From Trichoplax adhaerens (taxonomy: Eukaryota; Animalia; Placozoa): a stretch of 64,000 nucleotides of DNA. Below are positions 1-12,200 of this stretch, piece by piece. The stretch is taken from positions 62,001-126,000 of the forward strand of contig NW_002060969.1 of the NCBI RefSeq assembly GCF_000150275.1, given 5' to 3'. Positions within the stretch are counted from its first letter, which is position 1. Each line of letters starts with the position of its first letter. The translations under genes and the position numbers were made by a program. The notes under the pieces are model-generated. The model did not search any database, was not told the origin of the DNA, and saw only the letters and a program-made list of their open reading frames with translations.

Positions 1-3000
1 GCTAACCTCGCCACTATCGCTTCCAATACAGGGCCACGATCGTCGTGTAGTAAATGTATCTCGTCCTATAAAATTTTATGTGAAAGACAATATGAACAGT
101 AAGATTAGGATAATATTTATCCAAGATTTGTACTATTACACTAGTAAATGTAAAATTTTTCTAACGTATTGTTACATGGGTAAGACACAAACAGAAATAA
201 GTAGTATTGGCCAATACAATATGCACTTACAATTATTACTAAGCTCACAAATTGCGCGAATGAGCGATCTCCACTTTTGCGAGTTATTATATCCCATTTT
301 TCTGGAGTACATACGATCACCTATATAACGGAGAATAATTCTTATCAGTCTATTTTATTAGCAATTTTCTGATAATTCCCTTACTAGTTTTCTAAGGTCG
401 CACATACCTGGGCTTTATCCATTTGTTCCTTGCTTAGTTGATGATCACCAGTCAACTCATTAACGGTAATGCCATACGAACCTAGTCGCTATAAAAGTGA
501 AAATCTTATAGCTTAGTCCTAACGTAACTATTCGGCTAGTAAGGAAAGCAAGGAAGCACCTTAGAAAAATTGCCAACCATTTCCTGAACTAGAGATTTCA
601 TGGGGGCAACGTAAATTATTTTAAACGCCTCGGTATTTATAGTTCCATCTTCGTCAGTATTTTTTCCAATTTCTCGTAGAATCGATAACAGTGCCACATT
701 GGTTTTTCCAGCACCCTTCAATCGACAGGTTAGAGAAAATATTATTTTCTTATTGATTTTTTCCCGAAATTCACAACTGTATATCAAATAGATACTTCAC
801 TATAATATAGAGGAAAGACAAATTTGAATCTACAAAGTTTACCGTTGGTGCACAGAGTAAGATATTTTCGTCAGAGTTGAGAACTCTATCGACCAAGCGA
901 CTTTGGATACGATTAAGACTAGAGTACCCATCAAATGCAGGCTGAGCATATTTAGGAAGAACACTTATAGGAACCAAAGTCTCTCCAGCATCGAAAGGTT
1001 TCGGCTTCAATGCAGGAACATGGACTTCTTCATAACCTTTCCTTGCTTTACGATATGACCCATCAGGTAAGGTACACTTCTTATTTGCCATTAAATGGCT
1101 GCCTTCAAAAAATCCTATATCTTCTAGTAACAACATCCTCTTGGATTCGACTGCAGCGGCTTGATTAGCATCTTCATTGGTTACGCCAGCCTCAATTCTA
1201 GCAGCACGGGCAGCTTGTTTACGACTTTTTTCTTCTTGGACGAGATCTTCTTCATCAAGAGCTGATAAAGCTCGCAATATATCCACTAATTTAGGATCAT
1301 CTTTCATTTTTGCTTCAATGACTTGCCTTTCAGCAGGCGATTGTGCACGAGCTAGTAACGTACAATATAATACAGGCATACGATTTTTGCGGAGAATTCG
1401 GATAAAATTAAACTGGTCAATTCCAAGAGCTATAACCAATTTGTGCTCACATTCACGGTCATCGCCAGCATTCTAACAGATAATAAGACATTATTGCGCC
1501 GAATTCTGCTACAGCTTCATCAGTAATTTATATCCTAAGAGGTAATAAATGAGAGTAAAGCTTTCAAGAGTACCTGCAAAATATCAAGGACTTCTTCAGC
1601 CTTCTTTTTGGATACCATATGATCACCATAAGCTTTATTAAGTTCACGCTGCAACCAATAAGCGTCAATGCTGCGTGGCTCAATGCAATCCCGCGAGGTC
1701 TCTTGATCAAGGCTACTGTCGTCTGCTCTTCCACCTTTGTGCAACGTACCACTAAATTCGGCTTCCACTCCTTCGGTTTCTTCTTCAGAATCTTCGTCTT
1801 TGATATCGTCATACCGTTCTTCAGCCTATATTATAGCATAATTTATTACTCACTACTACGGTATACAGTAATGCAATATTGCAATATAAGTTTAAGTACG
1901 GTTCATACTTCATCATCAGATTCATCAAATTGTATAGCAACACCAGTTTCTTCAAGGTTTTCTTCTCTTTCGACAGTTTCCTTTTCTTCTCCATAGTCTG
2001 AGATTTTCTTAGACAAATTCAATAACATGGAAAAACGTTCGTCTAGAATAGAGCCTAGCAGTGATCGAACTGCCTGAGCTTTTTCAGTTTCCTAACATTA
2101 GAATTTTATAGAAAAATAATGGTATGCCCAGTTAGTTTTTATTTATTAAATATTAAAAATACAGATTAATACCATGCCGATAACAGTAACGGGGTAAAAT
2201 TTAACAGTCGTGCTATGTGATAATTGAAACATCAAATACAAGAAAGGATTCTTTACAATACCACGAAAATATCGTGTTAATCAATAAATCCAGAGAGAAC
2301 TTTACAAACCCTCATTTTATCATTTTTTAATGCTGCTAGCACTTCGTCAGCGGCAGCAACTAAAATTTCTCGAGGTTGATCTCCAAGTGATCCTTGAACA
2401 ATATTTAGCATCAGTTCGTAAGTGCTCTTTGTTGCTCTCGTCTTGGGTTTATAGATATTTGGCATGTCGAATAGATCAGAGGATAATAAACTAGCTTGCT
2501 TTGATTTAAGGATATCTTGTCGCTTCTCGGACGTGATCTTACGCCGCCTTCGAAGTGTCGAGGAAAATTTTTTATTAGTGATAATGATACAATAATATAT
2601 AGTTGTACAGTAGTACTGTATGCTATACTGTACTTTGGTTTTGCTTCTTCTGCTGTTGGAGGTTTCGCTCTTTGGGCTTTATCACCCATTTTTGTTCCGA
2701 CGAGGTGGCCAGAGAGCGAAGTAACTTCACCAGTTGATTCATCCCTCCCGCGCTTTTCCAGCAATGAGATATCAGCTTGGAGAACGAGGTTAGAATTCTG
2801 AATAATCACAATAAGGTTGGGGGGTTATTAGTTGCAGTAAAGTTAGGTTAGGGAGCATAGGGCTCATTATTTTACAGTATCATACCGTACTTGTCAGAGG
2901 TTATCACGCGACCGTAAGTGAAGAAATCAATCATAAACCGCACTAGTGAACGTACGCGTATAACTTAATTTAAACGTAATTTTGTTTTATGGATCATGTT

Positions 3001-3134
3001 TTCTAAATAGTAAGGGCACAGCATCGTTCTAAGCCCGGTGGTTTATGTAGTACTTCATTTACTTTACGTTCCATTATGTATGAACTTACCGCTCGGTAAT
3101 CATATTGTAGTGATCTTGCAGTGGCATCAGCCAT
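1..3134 (-). CDS. SNRNP200: U5 snRNP 200 kDa helicase Brr2, multi-exon, 5' part (continues past window start)
   Basis: Exon 1 3134-3090 = [15 protein letters not shown] followed by a GTAAGT donor. Later exons give [49 protein letters not shown], Walker A APT|[16 protein letters not shown] and [15 protein letters not shown] (about 1-66). Confidence 0.97.
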
Positions 3135-3291
3135 TATGGAAGTCTTAAGGATATACTCGTGGAGTAGATATCTAGAGATAAAAGAATATCCTCATAAAAT
3201 ATGATATTTACTGTAGTACATGTACACTAGCACACTAGTTGTTTATTAATTTGATATTCCACAAAGAGGAAGTATATAAGCAGAGTATATA

Positions 3292-3590
3292 AGTACTTCT
3301 CTTCGACAGCCTGGCGCTACAAAAACGGCGAGGAATTAATTAGTTGCAGAACTTGTAGCTATAATGCGGTGCTTGTTGCACAGTACGCGCAAAAAACAGT
3401 AAAGTACAGTAGTGTACTGTACTGTACTGTACTGTACTGTATAGTAAGTGTACAGTACAGTACTTCTCTTCGACAGCCTGGCGTTACAAAAACTGTGAAG
3501 AATTAGTTGCAGAACTTGCAGCTACAGTACAATGAGGTGCTTGCTGTACTGTACAGTACAGTACGCGCAAAAAAACGTAAAGTACAGTAC
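3292..3590. repeat. Diverged tandem duplication (about 118 bp and 130 bp copies) upstream of SNRNP200
   Basis: AGTACTTCTCTTCGACAGCCTGGCG...AGTTGCAGAACTTG...CAGTACGCGCAAAAAA...GTAAAGTACAGT occurs at 3292-3410 and 3459-3590. Confidence 0.95.
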
Positions 3591-4345
3591 TATACAGTAC
3601 AGGTACTGTACAGTACAATACTGTAGATACAGTAAAGTTGTACAGTACTGTACACTAATGTACAGTACTGTACAGTAGGCTATGCAACTGCATACTGAAC
3701 AGTACAGTACTGTACAGTACAGTGTACACTGAGTGTACATGTACTGTAGACATGTACAGTAGTACAGTCCGGTACAGCACTTGCAGCCATTCACTGTACG
3801 CGTACAGTACTGTACAGTACTGTACTGTATTCGAGTATTATACTGTACTCTACTGTACAGTATATATATACAATACATACAGTACAGTACAGTAGGACGA
3901 CGCCATATTGAAAGGCAGGAATGAGTACGCGCGTGGTAGAGGCGTGGCAGCGTGCAATAGTACTGTACAGTGTACAGTACAGTACTGTAGTGAGAGACAG
4001 GAAACGAATTTTTATCGACAAAAATCTACAGTACAGTACTGTACAGTGTACGGTACGGTACAGATTCTGCTCCGTTATTAAAGTTGTCCCTTTTGGGCTA
4101 CCGTAGAAAGTCCTGTAATCGCACGTACTGTACGGTACAGTACGGATACGACAACAAACTGAGCCAGTAGCTTAGCGTTAGCGTAGTGGATCGATTTGTA
4201 AATACTGTACGTATGTATGATTAGTCAATAGTACTGTACAGTACTGTACAATGTACTGTACAGTACTGTACAATGTACTGTACACTGTACAGTACATCGT
4301 GAAATGATACTACACAGTACTACTGTACTGTAGTCTACACTACAG
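3380..4345. repeat. (TACWG)n / GTAC-rich tract upstream of SNRNP200
   Basis: Dense mixed TACAG/TACTG pentamers with TACGG/TACCG and TACAGTG/TACACTG variants, interleaved with unique sequence. Confidence 0.95.
4079..4107 (+). repeat. Dispersed repeat, copy 1 (possible transposon terminal fragment)
   Basis: TAAAGTTGTCCCTTTTGGGCTACCGTAGA is 27/29 identical to 43280-43308. Confidence 0.8.
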
Positions 4346-6395
4346 TAATGTCGACGATCATCCTTATCATAACGCAGTTTAGCCAATATATTTACCTTAA
4401 TGCAATGATGATGTGGTTAACAAAGAAGAGTGTTGTACAGTACAGTATATTATACGCGTAAGCAACGGGAGCGATCCCGTAAATTTTATTCATTTCGTTA
4501 CGGCCAAAAAAATGTCGATTTCAGTAACTCCAATTTAATAATAAAACTAAAAAAAACACTGACTTATGTTATACTGTATGTTACGTTATGACATACTGTA
4601 CAGTAATAGGATTACAGTATGCTGTAAGTAAGCTTGGTGTCACTTAGCAATATTACGAATGGTATTTTCAATGTCTGTACTCTGCAGAAATTTCTACGTT
4701 AGAGCAATTCGTTTCACATAAAGAAATTGTAAGATAAAAGGGACTGTAAAAAAGACTCTTATACTGACCTATAGAAATGTATAAATACCCCGGCGCCCGC
4801 TCATTCGAAGGGAGAGTGAGTGGGATTCTACACTCTGAATCATTCTACTTAATAGAATATCACTACTCTCTTATTAATGTCCAGCACGTTGGGCATCTTC
4901 ACAATTACAGTGTTTCTCGTATCATAAATCTTGTACTATAATAAGTCAACTGGCTAATATTGGTCATCAGCAATTTCTAAGATAGTAGTTATCAATCATC
5001 TAATATTAGCTTTATAATCAAATACGGGGGCGCATCACTACAAGCCCATATACTGGTACTGTACGTGTACAATACAGTAATAAATGTAAAGGAAGTTTCC
5101 AGTCCCATTCCCATTATTTTTGTAGTTGCTGGTTGTACTGCATTTGAAATGTTTCTCGTACTACAGAGTCGACAAACACCGGTGATCTCATTGAGAGCCT
5201 TTGTTGCTAACTTGCATGCTTTCACAAATTTGACTCAATTTACAGTTAATAAAAACTTATAGGTACGTAATAGCTGCCAAGTACAGTAGTGTGAGTCAGG
5301 GTACTGCAGTGGAATTTTTTTAACCTATGGAGTACTCTACATAAAAGAGTCATCGATTTACGGCAAGTAAAAGAAGTTTGCAGTACAACACTGAATTTAC
5401 TTATAATTAATTCACGATAGTCTACTTTGTACATGTATGCAAGTAGGTACTGTGCATTAAGTAGGACACTAAGTTTTGCAGAAGTTCGTTATACCGGTAA
5501 ATACTATAAATCTATCTATTTCTTCCAATCTCCAATTCAAACCTTTTACTGCAATCATATAAATGCTATAAACAGTGGTAAGTAAGCTTTTAGATCAACT
5601 AAGAAGGATTGGAATTATAAGCAATCTTTCTTGGACACCTAGCATTGACAGTATCATAATAGCCTCTTGATGTGGTATTATGCAAGTGCAACTGCAAAGC
5701 CGGTAAATAGAGGAAGAACGTTATGTTTGTTTATATAAAATCACTATGACCCCTGAATTCCGAGAAAGATCACCGCACTGAAAGCTTTATATTAGGCTTT
5801 CTAAGAATTGAGTCCACCTGCCGAGCCAGAATGCTGTAATTCGGATGCAATTAAGATTAGAAAGAGCCCTGTAATTAGCGTCAAGTGATAAAGGCTCAGC
5901 AATCTTCGACTTTATTAATATGCGTATATGGGTATATTTAATCTAGTACTAGCACTAGCACATCTGTAATCTTTCAAGCGAGGAAATACGCATTCAACTA
6001 GGCCTTTTATAACATGTCGTTAACAATATTCACTAAGTTCGAATTTAAGATTTCAAAATTTTAAATGGGCTGCATGCATTGCCAGATATTAGAATGTACG
6101 GTTGTTTTAGTTAGGTGGATACTCTATAAACTTTATAGTGACATGCTATCTTCATCAGACAGGTGATCAACACTAGTGATCAGTAAAGTTTCCTTGACCT
6201 TTAAAACTGTATTATGTTACTTTCAATCACGCCTAGATTGCTGGGAAATTAGCATGGTGTCATTTCACGCCATGACATCATCTTTAACTCGCAATCCTAT
6301 ACTGGCATAATAATTTTACTTTATAAATTTGCATGTCAACTTATTTATTTCCACAATTTCTAGCTCTCCAACAGAAGATATCTTGAAATTTCGCT

Positions 6396-7172
6396 ATGGA
6401 TTCTCCTGAAAGTAACTTTATTAATAATCACTTTCATAGATTTTTTAGGCCTGTAGTATTATATAATACCGCTGCAGACCGTGAACATCAAATGCTAATA
6501 GCCAACTATCCGATGGACTGCAGTTATCCAGTAAGCACGATGAGATCTGAAATGCCATCTATTGCACCATATAATCTGCAGTCTAATAATTTACCGCAGC
6601 TGTCATCGGTAGCATATTATCATTCGCCGGGTTGGTTATCGACTTCACCATCTACATCACCATCGGTATCGACATTATCCACTTGTAATTATTACAATAA
6701 CCATCACGAGTATAAGCATCCTTCAAGTCCGTTGATTTTAATGTATCATTATGCTAACATGCTTCCATTATCAACAACGGGCCAAGCTCAACATGATAAA
6801 AATAATCATCCTGTTCTTGATTCTAAATCTGTCAAAGCAGTGAAAAAAAAGCGATATCAGTGCCCAAAATGTCAGACAAATTGCTCCAATAACGGCCAGT
6901 TACGTGATCATTTAAGAATTCATACAGGTGAGAGACCATATCAGTGTGACTTTTGTGGTAGGCGGTTTACACGTAACGAGGAATTAACAAGGCATAAACG
7001 AATCCATACCAATGAGAAACCATTTCGATGTCCAATTTGTTTTAAAAGATTCGGCAGACGCGACCATTTAAATAAGCATATCAAGACACATTCTAACGGA
7101 AAAAGGACACAGAGAAAAATTTTCGAACCCTGCAGTGAAGAAAATTCGGAGGCTCGAAAATCCGAAGAATAA
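6396..7172 (+). CDS. hkb: Huckebein-type triple C2H2 zinc-finger transcription factor, single exon, 258 aa
   Basis: Recognition helices SNNGQLRDH, TRNEELTRH and GRRDHLNKH match the Drosophila Huckebein fingers as I recall them. TGERPY linker; Ser/Pro-rich N-terminus. Confidence 0.9.
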   Translation: MDSPESNFINNHFHRFFRPVVLYNTAADREHQMLIANYPMDCSYPVSTMRSEMPSIAPYNLQSNNLPQLSSVAYYHSPGWLSTSPSTSPSVSTLSTCNYYNNHHEYKHPSSPLILMYHYANMLPLSTTGQAQHDKNNHPVLDSKSVKAVKKKRYQCPKCQTNCSNNGQLRDHLRIHTGERPYQCDFCGRRFTRNEELTRHKRIHTNEKPFRCPICFKRFGRRDHLNKHIKTHSNGKRTQRKIFEPCSEENSEARKSEE

Positions 7173-9225
7173 ATTTATAATTTGTCAGATTTCATCGATA
7201 TTTTTGTATTAATAGAATTTTGGTTTCACGAATTGTACTATAATAGTAACATGCATGGTTTTATGACTATCTTAGGCGTTTTTAATTTGCATTTTATGAA
7301 AGTAATAATCTCAGGCATATATTTCACAATATGAACTGTTAATATTTTAACTATTATCTAACAGTTAACTTATAAGATTTTCGTCAATGGCCAAATTTTA
7401 TTGCCAATATTTGTCGTGCCTTGTTCAAATTCTGTAACGTATTTAAATGATACAGATTTCTATATAGTCAATTTAAAATCGCAAAAACAAATCCTATTTT
7501 AAGTGCTTCTCATTTTATTTATCTCAACCTATAAAATTAATATTTGATACGTAGTTACACAATTATTTTAATTTCGCGAGTACTTTTTTAATCCAACTGA
7601 ATGTTAAGAGGAAATAGATGAGCACTGCAGATTTATCTTCAATAAACTTTAAAACACTTCCAAACCTATTCTTATATTAACAGTGTCGTCTATAAAATTG
7701 GATCACATCTTAAGTTTTGCTGATACTGATCGTGAATGAGAGAAAACGAGCGACCATGCTGCTAGTTATAAATGGCTACGATTTTGCTACATATATCTAG
7801 ACGTAAATTCTCCTGTCTACTATTTCGAGATAAAACTGATCAAAGTCTTAGTTTACTAACTGATTTACTATACCATTCGTGGAAGAGATTATGAGAAAAT
7901 TTATGATATTTTACTCACGTTAGATCAAGCAAACACTGTACAAATAAATGCTCATAGTTGCATACGCGTATTGTTCGTTGCACTAGTTTAAATCACATTA
8001 GTAACAGCCTATAGGTATGTACTAATATAGCGTTCGTAATGTTATCGTCTACTGCATAATACTGAAAGATTGCTTTTTAACTGCGTTATAATCCATAACA
8101 ACACTTAATAAGACTTATTTCGTTTTAGGCGAGTTAGACATTTTTACACGAATAACAAAGCCGTCGCACTAATAATAACGCAATTTTGACCTTAATGAAC
8201 TATTTTGTTAGCTGCATATATACGGTAGTTATCATTGCGCATCACATTAAGTGTAATAATTATATATAGTATGTTATATAATCGAACGAAGGGTCTACCG
8301 TACTAGCAATATAATAGCGATACAGTACTTTCGGATTACATACATCTCGCGTGTTATATTTCCGCAGCAATTAAAAGTTGCGTAGGGATAAATAGTGACC
8401 GCGAAGATATCCATAATTATTTCTTAGCGTTTTGTTGAACATTGCGTAGTACTATAGTATTGCATTTTATTTAGCTGCCTACGAAATTGAAAAGACCGAA
8501 CTGTAGTATCTCCGTCAGAGAAGTGACTGGACGTTAAGCTACGTAGTATAGTATACGAATGTATAAACGCTATGGGCGTATTCGGATAATGAATTATAGC
8601 TAATTTTAGTCATTTATACGATGAAGTCTACAGCTTAAAATTAAAGTTTCCGTGATGATTAAAATAATTACAACTATCATACGCGTACACGTACAGTATA
8701 TTACTTCAAAATTATACAGTTCAATTTACCTATGGCGTGCGTGTATCTCTTAAAATGTTGCCTACAAGTAGGGTGACGTGCACGATTACTGTTTTCATAA
8801 TATTGTTGTCTTGATTGCTAGTGCAACACTGAATACAGTATAGTTACTCATTGAAATATAGTTGATATAAGATAGTATCAAGATATCAGAATAGTCTTAT
8901 TGACATTTTTAGGAGTAATCTTAACAGACCATCCATGAGTAAATAATAGAGTTATAAACACTTTCAGAAAGATTTAGAGTACCAATATAGCATATACAAA
9001 CGATAGTATACTATAGTAACAATCAGTTAAGTAGATATAGCAGCAGATAGAATTACAGAAGTAGCATTGTGGATTATCAAAAGTGGCGCTTGATTAACGC
9101 GCTATAAATAAGTCCGTAATAAATGCAGAACTTCTATAAATTCTGTGCGAGTCTACAATTATAATTATTTCACGTAACTTAATTAAAATAAGTTGATTTA
9201 CGCCTGCTAAGACCCAAGGTAGCCA

Positions 9226-12200
9226 TCAGTTCATCATATCGCATAGCTTCGAATCTGTGACGTAGCCAAAAGCCTCTTTTAATTCGTTCAGCCTTTCCGG
9301 CAAATCCACGTTCTGTTCTTTATTAATTTTTATACTCAACACTTTTCCATAAAGGTCTTTCAAGCGAAATATTAAATTGGGATCTCTATATATTAAAAAA
9401 TGTAGTATATTTATCTAAATACTTATAGGGAAGCTGATAGCTGTCTAAATGATAGTCACCTTTTCTTACAAGAATTGGCAGCTAAAAGCATATTTCTTAA
9501 AGTTGTTAAAGTCTGCTTCATAACAAGGCCTAGCAACTTCGTCAAATCATCATATTGAAAACTCCGGGTTTGAAGATTAACTGGTATTTGTGTACCACTT
9601 TCTTGCTCCTGGATAATTTTCGAGGTCGATTTTCGCTTCTTTCTATCATCAATTTTCGACGAAATGTGATCCAGTAGCGGTTTCGTATCTTTGAATTTGA
9701 TCAAGATACTTGCTAACGTTCTCAGTCTGGTGCTCGGGCTAATATTTTCCACTATGTGAATAATTAGAACAATATAAAGTCATTCAACCAATTGGCAATT
9801 TGAATCAATGGAGATTACAGAACAAGAATCATAAAAACCTTCAAGACTTTTCAGAGCACACTGTTCCAAATGTATCCGAAGACATGCCATCACATCTGTA
9901 TCGGGCTTAATGAGGGTCAATGATTTATCATAATATCGATTCGCTAGAGTTCTAAAATGCCTAATACGTTGTTCATCCACAATCTATGTTATAATCCATT
10001 GTAATACCGTTAAAGATTATAAATTAAGAAAGAAACCTATCATATTCAGAGATAATTTTTTATTAGTCTACCTTTTGACGAATCGAGTTGTGATGTAAAG
10101 TTGCTAAATCGAAGTATACATAGCCCATTTGTTTAACGGTTTCGGAATGTTTACTATGTACAACAAAAAATTCTAATAACGGCAAGTTTACTATAAAAAA
10201 ATATGATAACTTAAGCAATTACTCTGACATATCCTGCTCCCTTAATTGTATTTCATACAGGCTAAGGAGTTTATGGAGCAAGTCGGTAACCTCTTTTTCA
10301 ATCTAGTATCAATAGATAATAGATAACTTTCCGATAAACATTGTCATAGGTGATTTATAGCAACAATATCTACGTCTATACGCGTATAATGAACATTCAT
10401 ACCTCTTCTATGCTCATATAAGCCAAAGGAGGATATTCCTGAAGTAAGGTAGCAAGAATTCGATACGTTCCGCATAACTGATCTCGAATTGAGTCCCAAA
10501 TTTGCACATAGTTTTTCCGGACTCCCAAGACGTTTATAGCTCGAATGTATGCTTCTATTGCCTACACCGAAAATTTACTAATAGTCACCATAGATAACTG
10601 GACAGCTTTATAATATAATTTTTTGCCGATCTTAATTGCTAATAGAAATCAGCAAGAAACTTTTAAATTACAGAGACTGTACGGATTTTTTAAGAAAGCC
10701 AATCTATTTCTTTTACCTTATACATATACATTTTTTCTTCTTCTGTAACTTGCCTTGCTTTTTCTCTTTGCTTTGATTCTCGAATTCCAATAGAATGAAC
10801 ATATAACCTTAACAGCCGTCCAATATTACTATTTAGTAAGGCAATATTGGGCCTGTAATAAAATGAATATCGTAATGATCATCGAGAACACATGGTATAT
10901 TATAGTTAATGATTTAATAGAATGCTAAACATCTCCCGCACCGATCAGAAATAGTCTCAAAAGTTCTAATGCCAGCTTCAAAGAATGCAGCACTTTTTTT
11001 CCAAGCTTTCTCAGCAGCTTTAAGTGATGGCTCTATAAATAGAGGAAAATGGATTATTTACGATATCTTGAAATAGGAAACGAAGCTGCCTTAGTTGTAC
11101 AGTAATTCAACTATTAATGTTACATACCATCTTTAGATGATATTTCTGCTGCTAAAGTCATATAGTAAGTACCCAATTCATTTCTATTATTTCCAATTCT
11201 TTTGGTAATTGCGATAGACTGCTTTCAATAAAAATACGTCATACCACGAAGCGTCAGTCAATTTATTGATCTCTAAGAGCACTGACAGTAACGATGCTGC
11301 ACATAGTTAGAGATACTACTCTCGATTTTACAAGATATATTTAAGATTCAAAAATTCATGTTATTAATTTTATAAAACTTCATTATTGATAATTTCATAT
11401 TTACTCTAAAGAATAGTACCTCATCATCTATTTTACACTGGTGAGCTAATGCCATTTTGTAGAGCGTCTCGCTGTAGAAATTAATAAAGTATCAAGTTCG
11501 TAAGTAAAGAACCTATAGATCCGTTAAATTTTCCCCACCAATTTGTTACCTATTCGTACGTTAGCGAAAAATACTACGCAAGTTTTAAATTTGCTTGCCT
11601 AGAAAGTAAGCACTCTTCTATGTTACTTGCGAATTCCTTGGGGTATGATTGTAAACAACGGTCTGTATTTATGAAATTTAAAAACTTACAAATTTGTTAC
11701 AAATATAATATTTTCGGAATCAGAATATAACTAGCATTCTACAAAACCGACCATTATAAAATTTATTTAAGGTTTTCAGGACACCAATTATGGTGTTTTC
11801 ATCAGATGTCGAATCGGAGAATTCTTTCTGTAATTTTTATTAAGCCGAGGTCGAATGGAAATATCAAATTATTATTCAATACTTATGCTTTACGAATCAT
11901 GAAAGCACACCTGAAAGTTGCGGATGCGACCTGGTACCTATATGTCGGAAGCAATTTTTTTACATTTTACCAATTGTAACTATAAATCTATTGTAACCAT
12001 GAATGTCTATAAAATTCTTCAAGAGCGTAATCTAAACTACGTAAAACAATTTAACACGTGTCTAAAATCATTATTTCGAAGTCAAAAAAGTAGTAAGCAT
12101 TATTCTACAAACTCTAGCAACTGAAAACAACAGAACCTTCTACGACTCATTAAGTGAAATCTGGAATTAATAAAATTGACATGCAATAGATATAAAACAG

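Noticed and set aside
1177-2801. Plus-strand ORFs of 94-125 aa
   Set aside because: Antisense shadows of SNRNP200 exons.
2801-3089. Possible C/D box snoRNA in SNRNP200 intron 1
   Set aside because: Box C is imperfect, the C-D spacing is too short and there is no terminal stem.
3522-4106. ORFs rich in YSTV/YCTV (also 31132-31468, 47819-48043, 59369-60409)
   Set aside because: Translations of the TACWG pentamer tracts; no domain or splice support.
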